Shown piece after piece: positions 1-10,738 of a DNA stretch of 64,000 nucleotides. The DNA lies in NCBI GenBank assembly GCA_000002445.1, contig CP000071.1, positions 256,001 through 320,000 on the forward strand, written 5' to 3'. Each line of letters starts with the position of its first letter. Positions within the stretch are counted from its first letter, which is position 1. The position numbers were made by a program, and so were the translations under genes. The stretch is from Trypanosoma brucei (Eukaryota). The notes under the pieces are model-generated. The model was not told where the DNA came from, made no database searches, and saw nothing but the letters and a program-made list of their open reading frames with translations.

Positions 1-1209
1 TATTTCTTTTCCTCTCCCTCACTTTCCTTTTTCCTTTTTATGCTTCGTTATTACCTGTGCTTTTTCTTTATATAAATAAAAAGAAAAAATTGATGGAAAA
101 GAGAGAATAATTAGTGCCAATTCAGAACAAATGGGGTACCTGAAAAAAAAAAACAGAAAAATAAACAAAAAAAAAGAAAAATAAGTAAAAAGTCCACACG
201 ATGTTCGATTGTTTTGTGTGGTCGCTGCAACAAACAGTGAAAAATATTGTTCGATCCTAATTAGTAAGTTTCCTTATTATTTTTTTTTAATTAGTACTGA
301 CTGATTCACTTCTGAGGAAACGCTTCAACAGCATTTCTATTTTCTTTTTTTTTTCTTTTACCTTCCTCCTTTTCTAGTAGAATTACCTCCTTCTTTCTTC
401 TTTTTTTTTTATTATTTAAATATTTTTTTAATTGATTGTTATGACTATTCTTTTTTTTTCTTTTTTTGAAAAAGAAAACTTTTTGTTTCACCTGCATCTC
501 TAACTTCCCTCTGATATTTTTTTATTTTTCTTTTCCTTCACGATATAAAATTAGCCCGATTCGGTTCACTTTTAAGCCTTTAAGTTCATATGAGGAGAGG
601 GAAACAAGAAAGAAAGAAAGGAAAAAAAAAAGAAGAAAGGGATAAATTTGAAATAATTAAATCCATGCATTCCAACAAGGAAGGAAACGTTCATTTTCCT
701 GGCCGTATTTGTTTTGTTTTGTTTCCCTCATTTCACATACCCATAAAATTGTGTTGCTCCATTTACTGAGTAATGGATGACAACAATAACAGGAAAAGAA
801 AAAAAAATGGTAATAATAATTATTATTATCATTATGGTAATAATATATTTTTTTAATGACTAATAATAACAATAATAATAATATTAAAAAAAGAAAAAAA
901 GAAAGGGGAACAAAAAAAAACTCGATGTGCTTCGTCTTCTTCACCTTAACTCTAACCGCTCCCCATAGCCTTCGTTTTCGTATTTCCACTTGCATTCGCA
1001 AAAGGTAATGATAGTAATAATATTAGTAATTGTAGTAATTATAATAAATATAATAAATATAGCAACATAACGACATGGCATATTTTAAATTGTAAAAAAG
1101 GGTGAGGAAAGAAAAAAAACAAAGAGGGGAACGGACAAAGGGGAAATAGAGAAGCTACAAGGAGAAGTTTAAAAAAAAAGAGCGCTTCAGGGCATTGGCA
1201 TATGGATAG

Positions 1210-1215
<6 letters not shown>

Positions 1216-1252
<37 letters not shown>
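1216..1252. repeat. (GA)18 microsatellite; a (CA)n/(CACG)n tract follows at ~1576..1625
   Basis: Seen directly in the sequence. Confidence 0.95.
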
Positions 1253-1256
<4 letters not shown>

Positions 1257-1843
1257 AAAAGTGAGCTAAAATAAAGGTAAAAAGGAGGAGGGAGCAAAAA
1301 AAAAAAAAGAGGAAAATAACAACAAAACAAACGCGGAAAGGATCAACAGAAACACAAACAAAGATATGCACCCGCACACGCGTACACAAAACAGGTGGAA
1401 AAGGAAAAAAAACTGAAAATGGAAACAAAAGGGGAAAAAATGGGAAAAAATGGGGGATCACAACGTTGTTCAAAGAAACCTAACAACTCAAAAAAAATTT
1501 TCCCCCTTTTTCTCATTCTTCTACTCGCACCATACAAAAAAAAACAATAAATCGCAGCCGTGGGAGCGTTGGCAAACACAACACACACACACGCACACAC
1601 GCACACACGCACACACGCACACCGCCACAATTAATATATTGAGGGAAAAAAGAAAAAAAAACTCTACCGCACTTCATCATTTTAAAAAGAGGGGGGGAGG
1701 AGAAAAGAAATACAAAAAAACCGTTGAAACACATTCAACCAAACACATATCGAAAAGGAACTTGAAGACAAGCCTTCGGAGGAATGATAATCAAGTAAAT
1801 GAAGGCTATGTCAATGACGATTATATGCGGGTGTAAAGTCTCC

Positions 1844-2734
1844 CTAGACGGTTTGTACCGCATTTTGCACCTCTTCATCCGATACATGAACCACCTGATG
1901 AGTGTTCGGCACCGTTTGGTTCCCGCCTTCCACAAACCATGGATGTTGGGTAATCTCCGCAACTGTTATTCGACGCCGCGGGTCTACGGTTAGCATGCGC
2001 GAAATAAGACTTCGAGCGTTAGGTGAAAAGTGACGTGACATGCGATACTCCCCTCGCTCAATTTTGGTAAAGAGAGCATTAACATTCTCGTCATCAAAAG
2101 GAAGATATCCCGCAAGCATCACAAACAGCACCACACCGCAGCTCCACACATCAGCCATCACACCGTCGTAGCCGCGTTCCTTCAGTACTTCAGGAGCCAC
2201 ATAATTTGGAGTGCCGCAAACGGTTTGCAACATCGTCCCTTGTCCACCTGCATTTCCATTATGCAAATGGCTGAGACCAAAGTCGCTTATCTTCAGTGTA
2301 TCATCCGAGTCAAGCAGCAGGTTTTCAGGCTTAAGATCGCGGTGGGCAATACCTTGGCTATGACAATAGTGAACACCTGCAATGAGTTGATGGAAGTAGT
2401 GACGTGCAGTATTTTCATCAAAACGCTTTGCTGCTGCGATTTTATCAAACAACTCCCCACCAGTAACGAGTTCCAGTACAATGTAAATGTGGTTGGTTGT
2501 TTGCATAACCTCTCGAAGCTCGATAACATTCGGTTGGCGCAACACCTTCATTACTGCAATCTCTCGTTTGAGTTGCTCTTCCATCCGCTCCCGCACGAGT
2601 TGTTCCTTGTCTATAATTTTAATGGCCCATTCTTTTCCAGTTTCCACATCACGGCCAATCTTTACCTTTGAGAAGTTTCCGGATCCGAGCGTTTTTCCAA
2701 GTTCATAACGCCCAATGCGTTTCGTACCTCTCAT
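1844..2734 (-). CDS. Ser/Thr protein kinase, CAMK group, AMPK/SNF1-related catalytic domain only (296 aa from first ATG)
   Basis: All kinase subdomains are visible in the translation: glycine loop GKTLGSGNFSKV, Lys in WAIKII, HRDLKPENLL, ISDFGLS, activation-loop GTPNYVAPE, DVWSCGV. The track ORF 1844..2896 begins at a GTG and runs through a (TA)13 tract; the first in-frame ATG (MRGTKRIGRYELGK) is at 2734. Confidence 0.85.
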   Translation of the reverse strand: MRGTKRIGRYELGKTLGSGNFSKVKIGRDVETGKEWAIKIIDKEQLVRERMEEQLKREIAVMKVLRQPNVIELREVMQTTNHIYIVLELVTGGELFDKIAAAKRFDENTARHYFHQLIAGVHYCHSQGIAHRDLKPENLLLDSDDTLKISDFGLSHLHNGNAGGQGTMLQTVCGTPNYVAPEVLKERGYDGVMADVWSCGVVLFVMLAGYLPFDDENVNALFTKIERGEYRMSRHFSPNARSLISRMLTVDPRRRITVAEITQHPWFVEGGNQTVPNTHQVVHVSDEEVQNAVQTV

Positions 2735-2768
2735 GACGGTAATTATATCAAACGCGCAGGTATCAAAA

Positions 2769-2830
2769 TATATATATATATATATATATATATTCCTTTT
2801 CTTTTTTCCTTTCCTTTCCTTTCCTTTCCT
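2769..2830. repeat. (TA)13 followed by (CCTTT)5 microsatellites in the 5' leader of the kinase gene
   Basis: Seen directly in the sequence. Confidence 0.95.
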
Positions 2831-4157
2831 CTTCTCTCTCTTAGGGAAGTTTCCTCTAGCAACTGCTTCCGGTTGCCGCCCCTTCCCCTCCCTCACTTTG
2901 TTGTGGTTCCTTTGTTTTTTTTTCTTTTTTTTTTGTTCTTTCCCTCTTTCGCAGACTTTATTTCCTTCTGTTTTTTTATAATTATTGTTGATTTTTTTGT
3001 GCGTGTCTTTTTCCTTTTTTTCCCCCCTTTATTTTCCTTTTTCTGTTTTTGTTTTCTTCCCTCAAAACAAAAAGTAAAATTCTCTACTGTTTCTGCCTGT
3101 TCAAACCCTTGACACTCACTAAGATTATGTCAGTCTTAAGACGGGAGCCAAAACAACAAAAAAAACAAAAGGCAAAGGCACAGACAAAAACAAAAATATA
3201 AGTAATAATAATAAAGAAAAAAATTAAAACTAAAAAAAAAGGGATCAAACTGATCGTAGTCCTCTTTTTCTTGTAAGTGTTTTTTGTTTCGTTATATTAC
3301 TGCGGTCCCTTCAAATTATTCTTTCTCACCTATGTTTTTATATCTTTTTTTTTCTTTTCTTTTCCCTATTTGAATCGTTATCACCCAACGCACAACTTGT
3401 GAAGTTCCTATATTCCGTCAAGATCCCTTTTTTTGTTTTTGTTTCTGTTGTTATTGTTCTCGCCTCTGAACTTTCCCTTCTGTTTTCCAGCTTTTTTTTA
3501 AAAAAAAAAAGTGCTTTCTTTTTTCCCTTCCTTTTCCTTTTCCTTTTCGTTGTTTTTGTTGTTTTTTTCCTTTGCGTCCGCCTGTCTAAACCTCGTTTAC
3601 ACCCTTCGCCTCGGTGGCTCACGGCGTTGGAGGACTTGCCACTAAACGAGTGGACGCCCGGCAACTATAGGAAACAAATAAAAAGAAAAAGAAAAAGAAA
3701 CAAATAAAAGGAGAAGTGAATTGAAGTGAAGAAAGAGAAACACATGTAATCAACTTGTGAAACACAAACAATAAAGAAGTAAACATAGACGCATTCATTC
3801 ATTCATGCGTTTACCTTATGTGTATGTATATATATATTATTATTATTATTATTATTTTTATTATTTATAGATACAACGATAGCGGCACTACTACTAGTAC
3901 TACTAAATATTTAACAAACAAGGAACGTATGAATAATAACAATAACGTCAACAAATACCCATACGCAAATATGAAACCCCCGAGGACGCCGGAATTACTC
4001 CAGTTGATGGTTTTCTAAATAATAAAAAAAAAGGGTAAGAAAAGAACAATGCCGCCAGCACCTCACACGCAAAGATTTATATAAACACAAAAATATAAAA
4101 TGCGTACAGATATATGTATAAATATATTCGCTCTCACATACAACTAAATATACATGA

Positions 4158-4195
<38 letters not shown>

Positions 4196-4200
4196 ATATA
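4158..4200. repeat. (TA)n(TG)n compound microsatellite; similar (TA)n tracts at ~7664..7684, 9488..9515, 24033..24060, 57319..57352, 57818..57850
   Basis: Seen directly in the sequence; typical of trypanosome intergenic DNA. Confidence 0.9.
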
Positions 4201-5156
4201 TATGTATCTGTATGTGTATGTATATGTTTATTTTCATTTTCATTCTTACTTATTTACGGACACGGAAGTGCACCAATAAATACACGTTCCATTAATTTAC
4301 CCCTTTCATTTGTAGCAACGCACGCAAATTCATATAATTAACCTCTTTGCTTCACCATTTCAACTGCTTCTTTGATTTTATTTTGTTCCATTTTTCCCCC
4401 CCCCCTTCCCTTTTCTCTCTTTCGTACCGACAAAAAAAAACTAACAAGGTGGAACGAAACATGGAGTGAACCACAAAACAAAACAGTAAGTAAATATAAC
4501 CAAAAAAAACAATAGGGGGAAAAAAAACAAAACTATAATATGGAAAAATAAAAATGAAAAATAAAAAAAAAGTGAACAGGCAAACGACGCCATGCACGCA
4601 TAAAAATACAGAAAAGTCACCTTTCCTCCCTCAAAAAAAAAAAACAGGAATGACACACACGCACAAAGAAGTAAAAGTGGCTCACAAGTTTACAAATATG
4701 GAGAAATCTCCCCGAATCCCATCTATCGTTTCAGCTTCTGCTTCTTCACATTAATTTCCTTTAAATGAGATACACCGTTTCCTAACACCAGCAACAATAA
4801 CAACGATTATGGAAAGCAAAAAGTCACATTTGTTTCCTATACTTTTCGCTGACTCCCCTTCTTTCCTATCTTCAATATTCTTTTTTCAGAAACCTTCTCT
4901 CCTCCTCCATCTCCCCTCCTTTCCTTTTCATTTCTTTTAGTATTCTGCTCCAAACAATACTAAAAGTAATTAATATTATTATTATTATTACCATTATTAT
5001 CATCAGGGGTTTGCAGATACCATTTGCTTTGTTTCACTCAGTAAGCAAAAGAGGGGGAGAAAGAAAGGCGGGCGAATGGAAAAACAAACACGAGGCCAAA
5101 TGTCGGCGCTGAAATATCTCCAGAGTAGAACAACAAAACATAAATTAAAATTGCCA

Positions 5157-7406
5157 TTACATAACATGGCAGCATTTCGTTTTCTCTCTCTGCCGCGGAA
5201 GGCCAATCAACACTGAGGAGGGGACCGCTTCCCCAACAGTTTGCTGCGGGGACGCACACGACTCGAAGGAACGCACAGACGTTAAGGAACGACGCGCTGT
5301 TCTATCGGTTACTTCAGACTCGGCTGCCGTATGTGACTCGGCTGCCGTATGTGCAACTGATGGTGGGCGTGATACCACTATAACACCCCGTCGTCGACTA
5401 CCAAATGGTGCACTTGAAAAGGGTGAATGCTCCTCCGAGGTTGCGGGAAACGGTTCGGATGTTGCTATCGGAGACCGACGTCGCGCCGTTTGTGTAACCG
5501 CAACAGGAACCTCCGCAGCGGGTTCCGTATCCAGAAAAAAGGGTACCCGATTAGACATCGGTGACGACGCGCAAGCGGTAGAAATGTTCGGTGAATTGGC
5601 TGGAACTTCACTAAACATGGGTAACGACCGACTTGAATGCAAAGCTATCGATTGGTGCGGACCACGTGCGGTCGTTGGGCACAGTTCAGTAGAATCCGCA
5701 ACTGACGAACACCGTGACGCCTTCTCAGTTACAGGGTGTGAGTGAACGGTCGGTGCAACTGAGGAGCGAAGCGATATTTTGTTCGTGACCAGAGATCGCT
5801 CGACGGTAGTCGGAAGTGCCGGGCATGTCCACTTTTCAGGGGTGACGAGTGACGCATCGGCAGTAGGCGTTATCGATAGACGGTCTGAAGCGGCCGCTGG
5901 TGATGATGGCGATTGCGCGGTGGGTGCTTCCTCTAACGAATTCTGCGAACCATCCGCAGCGACAGCCGTCGATCTCGCTGTCGGCACAACTGATGGTTGA
6001 GGGGAAGCCCTCGAAGAGGCACCCGTCATCTTAATAATGGGTGTTATTCCGGTCCGACGTGAAAAAAACTCACTAGCAGTAGGAGAGGATGGGCTATCTA
6101 ATAAACATGAACCACTCTCCGAAAGACGCCTCCACCTCACAACCCTTTCGGCGACCACACGCCCACTTGCCTCTTCAGTAGTTCGCGAGGTCCTCCTAAG
6201 CGATGATGCGGGAGTTCGAGGAGTACCCCTCGACGTAACCCGCCCAGACGCTGCATTTGCGCTGCGTGTAGACCCCATAATTGTAACTATAGGGATTCGA
6301 GGTGTCGTGCTTGCCGTCGCAAAACCCCCCATTGCTCCAGGTTTTCGACTAAGGCTTCTTCTTGATGTCACTGCAGGAACCTTAAGTGGGACTAAACCAT
6401 TTGTTACCGAAAGGCTTGCTTCCATCCCACAGCTCTTTAGGGTACTTATGGCTGATGGTTTGGGAACTCGTGGTGTGACAACGGCTGATGTTTGCACAAC
6501 CTTCGCATCATGAATATGAGGGACATCCTCATCCACCACAAGTTCAACCACCACGTCATCGTCACCCACAGGGCTCGCGGGGATATTATTACCTTTGACT
6601 GTGGTAGGCGTAACGCATGCCTCAGGTCTTCGATGTGTCATTCTTGTTGCAACGACAGGTGGACGGAGTGTATCGGTCGTTCCTGTAATCCCGTTTCCTG
6701 CGCCACAGTTTCGTGGAGTTTTTTTTGCCGCTGTCTCAGTGACCCTAGGAGTTCTTTCGACACGTACTGCCAAATCAGGCGATGGCGGTTGTTCTTCCCT
6801 AGAGGTAGAAGGAACCTCTACATGTTCCACAACTATTGTTGGAGACGCTGTTTCCCGAGTGGCCGCAGCAGCGCGGGAAGCAATCTTTGTAAGAGGCAAG
6901 TGCTGCGAGTAGGGGGACATTAAAATACACTCGGCGCTTTCACCCGGAAGGAACCATTCACTGCAGCTTAACTCCGGAGCTGCAGGAGTTGGGGACAATA
7001 ACTGTGGAGTGGGTTGATCCGAAGACGCCATGGGAAGATAAATGACAGTCTTGGCCAAACCGTCTCCCGCGTCTACTGATTTTGTGGCCTCGAAATCATC
7101 ATCACATGAAGGGATTAAATTCAGCGGCGTTTTTTGTGCGGGTAGTGCGCATTGCCGCGGTGATGGAGCACGTGAGGTAAACGTTGTGGCACTGCTCTCA
7201 AACCATTTCATAACGCTGTCACCATCAAGTGTGTGAGACGAGGTGTCGCATGGGCGCGGTGTGGGGTCACCTGTTACCTTCTTTCCCAGTAGAGTCGGAA
7301 CCGTGCGGGGAGTGCGGTACAAGAGATAATCTTGTGCAGGATCTAAGTGTGTAATTATCTTACATCTCTTAAATTGTTCCAGTTCAGCAAAGATGTTGAT
7401 AGTCAT
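5157..7406 (-). CDS. Hypothetical Ser/Thr/Pro/Ala-rich low-complexity protein (749 aa from first ATG)
   Basis: The ORF is 2.3 kb and GC-rich relative to its flanks, with no internal stops. The track start at 7463 is a TTG; the first ATG (MTINIFAELEQFKRCK) is at 7406. Composition is strongly biased toward S/T/P/R with no recognisable domain. Confidence 0.5.
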   Translation of the reverse strand: MTINIFAELEQFKRCKIITHLDPAQDYLLYRTPRTVPTLLGKKVTGDPTPRPCDTSSHTLDGDSVMKWFESSATTFTSRAPSPRQCALPAQKTPLNLIPSCDDDFEATKSVDAGDGLAKTVIYLPMASSDQPTPQLLSPTPAAPELSCSEWFLPGESAECILMSPYSQHLPLTKIASRAAAATRETASPTIVVEHVEVPSTSREEQPPSPDLAVRVERTPRVTETAAKKTPRNCGAGNGITGTTDTLRPPVVATRMTHRRPEACVTPTTVKGNNIPASPVGDDDVVVELVVDEDVPHIHDAKVVQTSAVVTPRVPKPSAISTLKSCGMEASLSVTNGLVPLKVPAVTSRRSLSRKPGAMGGFATASTTPRIPIVTIMGSTRSANAASGRVTSRGTPRTPASSLRRTSRTTEEASGRVVAERVVRWRRLSESGSCLLDSPSSPTASEFFSRRTGITPIIKMTGASSRASPQPSVVPTARSTAVAADGSQNSLEEAPTAQSPSSPAAASDRLSITPTADASLVTPEKWTCPALPTTVERSLVTNKISLRSSVAPTVHSHPVTEKASRCSSVADSTELCPTTARGPHQSIALHSSRSLPMFSEVPANSPNISTACASSPMSNRVPFFLDTEPAAEVPVAVTQTARRRSPIATSEPFPATSEEHSPFSSAPFGSRRRGVIVVSRPPSVAHTAAESHTAAESEVTDRTARRSLTSVRSFESCASPQQTVGEAVPSSVLIGLPRQREKTKCCHVM

Positions 7407-9482
7407 TCTGCTCAACTCTATAAATGAAAAGAAAGCGTTTGGTGTGCCCCTCCTAGTTTTCAACCTCTCACCTTATTCCCCTCACCTTCCACGCTTCTTT
7501 GCTGTTTCCTCTTATTTTTATTTTTACTTTTATTTTTGATAATTTGATCCTGTTTGTTACCCCGCTGTACTTTAATTTGAAGTATATTTGTCCTCCTGTT
7601 CTCTACCTATTTCCTTTGATACTTGAATATGCGTACACGTTTATTTTATATACGTATAATCAAATATATATATATATATATATCTGGTGCGATTTCGCCA
7701 CTAGAAATCTTCTTCTTATATTACAGGGACCCTCCTTCTTCCAAAAAAAAGGGGGGGGTAAAAAAATGATAATCAAAAAGCTAATAAAAGATGGTTCAGT
7801 GACGGAATTTCTTCTCTGAATAAAATATGAAGGCCTTCACTGTTGGGTAAAACCCCTCCCCCTTGTTCAGCACCTTTCCTTATTTTCTCCTAAATTTTCC
7901 TTTCCTCTACTTAGAGCAGCAAGGAAATCAAACAACGCTGATCATATCCATGAAGAAGGAAAGGAAAGAAAAAAAAAAGAGTTCAATATGGGGAAACCCA
8001 AAAGGTTATCGTGTAAAGACGGTAACAAAACAACAAATGAAAGGGGGAAAAAAAAACGGCATCCAAGCCATTCATAGAAATGGTTATCAAACATCAGATT
8101 GTATTGCAACTCTTTCTTTGTTTTTTTTTCCTCCTTGCGTTTCCACTTCTCATTCATGGCTATTGCTTCTACTCCGCTTTGTCTTTTTTTTTTGTTTATT
8201 TGACGTCCGTATGCTTGCATGCGTGTGTCTGTGCATGTTTCGTGTTCGTTTGCTTCTTTGTTTTACCTCCATCCTCCTCCTCCTCATCCTCCTCTTCCCC
8301 CTCAAAAAAAAAAAAATGATTCACCACAAAGATACTCTCGCAAAAGAGAGCAGGAACAAAATATGGTGTCTGTTTTCTCAGTGTGAGCAATCGTGTTTTT
8401 CCACGAGGCAAAAAAAAAAAAAAAAAGACACACCACGCGACGAAGGGTCACGATAACCAGCAAATTGAAAAAAATAATAATAAGTGTAATAATAATCAAA
8501 ATAAAAAAAAAGAAAAAGAAGCAGTTTGAAGGAATAATACTCATTCTGGTACCTCCTTTGCTATTGCCCTTTTTCCCTCCTTTTGCGCTCCACTCCACCT
8601 CACGTCCGTGGAAACGTATGAGTGCAAACTTCAACCCGCAAAAAAAAAAAACAGAAAAAAAAACGCTACAAATGCGCGGATGGGCGACGGAATCAATCAT
8701 TGGTCAAAAGGCGCAGGGGGTCAGTTTTTTTTAAATCTGTTTCTGTTTCTTTTTTTTTTTTTTTGCTTTTCTTTTACTTCATTCATCCTAATTTTCCTCT
8801 ACACCTCCCTTCCTTTCTTGTTTGTTCGTTGTTTGTTTTTTTTTTGTTGTTGTTGTTATTGTGTTGCTTCCTTGTTTTTTATAACTCTCCTCTTCTTTAT
8901 TTGTTGATTGGTTCCCTCATCTTCTCTTTTCCCCCTTCACTATTTTTCTTTCTTTTCTTTCCTTTCTTCTAAACTTTCACTTCATTCCTCTTCCTTATTT
9001 CCAAGATTATGTCACTAAAAGGTGCCATCAGAGGAATGAACTAATGAATTTGAAGAAAAAAAAAAAGAAAAGAAAGAAAATGAGCAAAAACACAACAACA
9101 CATGCACACACACACACTCACACACTGACACATATGCATACATACATTTATATGCACAAACATACGCGTGTACATGAATAATAAGAGATTAAAAGGAAGG
9201 AAAGAGGTGCTCACACAAAAAACAAACAAATACGCAGAGACACGCACATACAAAAGTAAAAAAAAAAAGAAACAAAGATATAAATAAAAGCACTAGCAGA
9301 TAACAAGAGGAGAGGGAGGTTGACGGAAGCAAAAATAAATGAACGAATGAGGAAGAAGAGACGTAAACGTAGAAAAGAGAAAGAGGGAGAGAGAAGGATT
9401 GCGCGAGGCATGAAAAAAGGAACTAAAAACAAGATGAAGTTCCTTTTCTTCTTTTCCCGCTTTGCTATTCATATTTAAATAT

Positions 9483-9519
<37 letters not shown>

Positions 9520-10111
9520 TTTTTTTTTCTGACTCTGATTTTATATGACGAAGGCTTCCTTCATGCCGCACTTCCGCTATAATGAAAAGAAAAAAAAAGA
9601 GGAGGAAGAAAAAGAGGGGGAAAAGTGGGAAATGGAACACATATGCATATGTGCTCGTGTGGTGGCTTTATAAACAAACTTACTTCCATTGTTTTCCTTT
9701 ACCCCCTCCCCCCGATATTGCGTGTTTGTGTTGTTTTTTTTTTCTTTATTTCCCCCTTCACTCCACTCCCCTTTTTGACTTCTCCTCCTTTCTTTCCTAT
9801 CCATTCCCCCTCACTCCATTCATCGTATTTTTATACCTCCTCTTTGTCTTTCTCTTTCCCTCTCATTCACTCTCACTCTTTTCATTTAATTAGTGTATAT
9901 TTATGTTTTGTTTTGTGGTGACGTTTTTTTTTTTTCCCCCCCCTCCTTTCTTTTCTTTTCTTTTCCTTTTTGCTGCTTGTTTTTCTCCCTTTTTCTCCTT
10001 TTTTTTCACTTTTATCCTTTTTGTTTTTTTTGTTTCGGAGGGAAAATGGGGGGCCGTTGTTTCGGTTGTACCTCTTTTTTTTTTTAGTTTTTTTGTTCTT
10101 TTATTTTTTCT

Positions 10112-10738
10112 TTAGCAACATCCACTCTTTTGACCTCCGCTGTTGGTTGCTGGGCGGTTATTACCGGTTAGTAATGGCCTTCCACCAGCAGTTGCGCCGC
10201 TGTTGGCTCCCTGAGCAGCCACACGTTTCTTAATATTTTTTGCCATCTCAATGAAAGCCGTCTCCACGTTGGAGGATTCTTTAGCACTTGTCTCCAGGAA
10301 GGGAATCCCGAGGCTGTCAGCAAATTCCTGTGCCATCTGCGTGTCAACGGCCTTCTTCGTAACGAGGTCACATTTATTGCCGACTAGCAGCTTGTTCACA
10401 TTCTCACTGGCAAACTTGTCAATTTCAGAAAGCCAAGTTTTTACGTTGTTGAAACTCTCCATATCGGTAGTATCATACACAATAATAATGCCGTGTGCCC
10501 CGCGGTAGTAACTACTGGTGATGGTACGGAAGCGCTCCTGGCCGGCAGTATCCCAAATTTGTAATTTAATAACTTTACCATCAATATCCAGTGTGCGAAT
10601 TTTAAAGTCCACACCGATGGTGCTGATGTAACTCTCCGTGTAGCTGTCGTCCGCAAAACGGAGAAGGAGACACGACTTTCCCACACCGCTATCGCCAATG
10701 AGCAACAGCTTAAAAAGGTGATCGTACTCTGTAGACAT
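10112..10738 (-). CDS. RAB1A: Small GTPase Rab1/Ypt1 family (208 aa)
   Basis: G1 GDSGVGKS, effector [10 protein letters not shown]3 WDTAGQE, G4 GNKCD, G5 ETSAK, and a C-terminal CC prenylation motif. It starts at an ATG. The neighbourhood matches my recollection of TbRAB1A on chr 8 (unverified). Confidence 0.93.
   Translation of the reverse strand: MSTEYDHLFKLLLIGDSGVGKSCLLLRFADDSYTESYISTIGVDFKIRTLDIDGKVIKLQIWDTAGQERFRTITSSYYRGAHGIIIVYDTTDMESFNNVKTWLSEIDKFASENVNKLLVGNKCDLVTKKAVDTQMAQEFADSLGIPFLETSAKESSNVETAFIEMAKNIKKRVAAQGANSGATAGGRPLLTGNNRPATNSGGQKSGCC

Noticed and set aside
186-265. GTTCGATT/GTTCGATCC T-loop-like strings suggesting a tRNA
   Set aside because: No flanking T-stem complementarity, acceptor stem or anticodon arm could be built. 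tRNA genes on either strand would be compatible with this locus, but none is supported.
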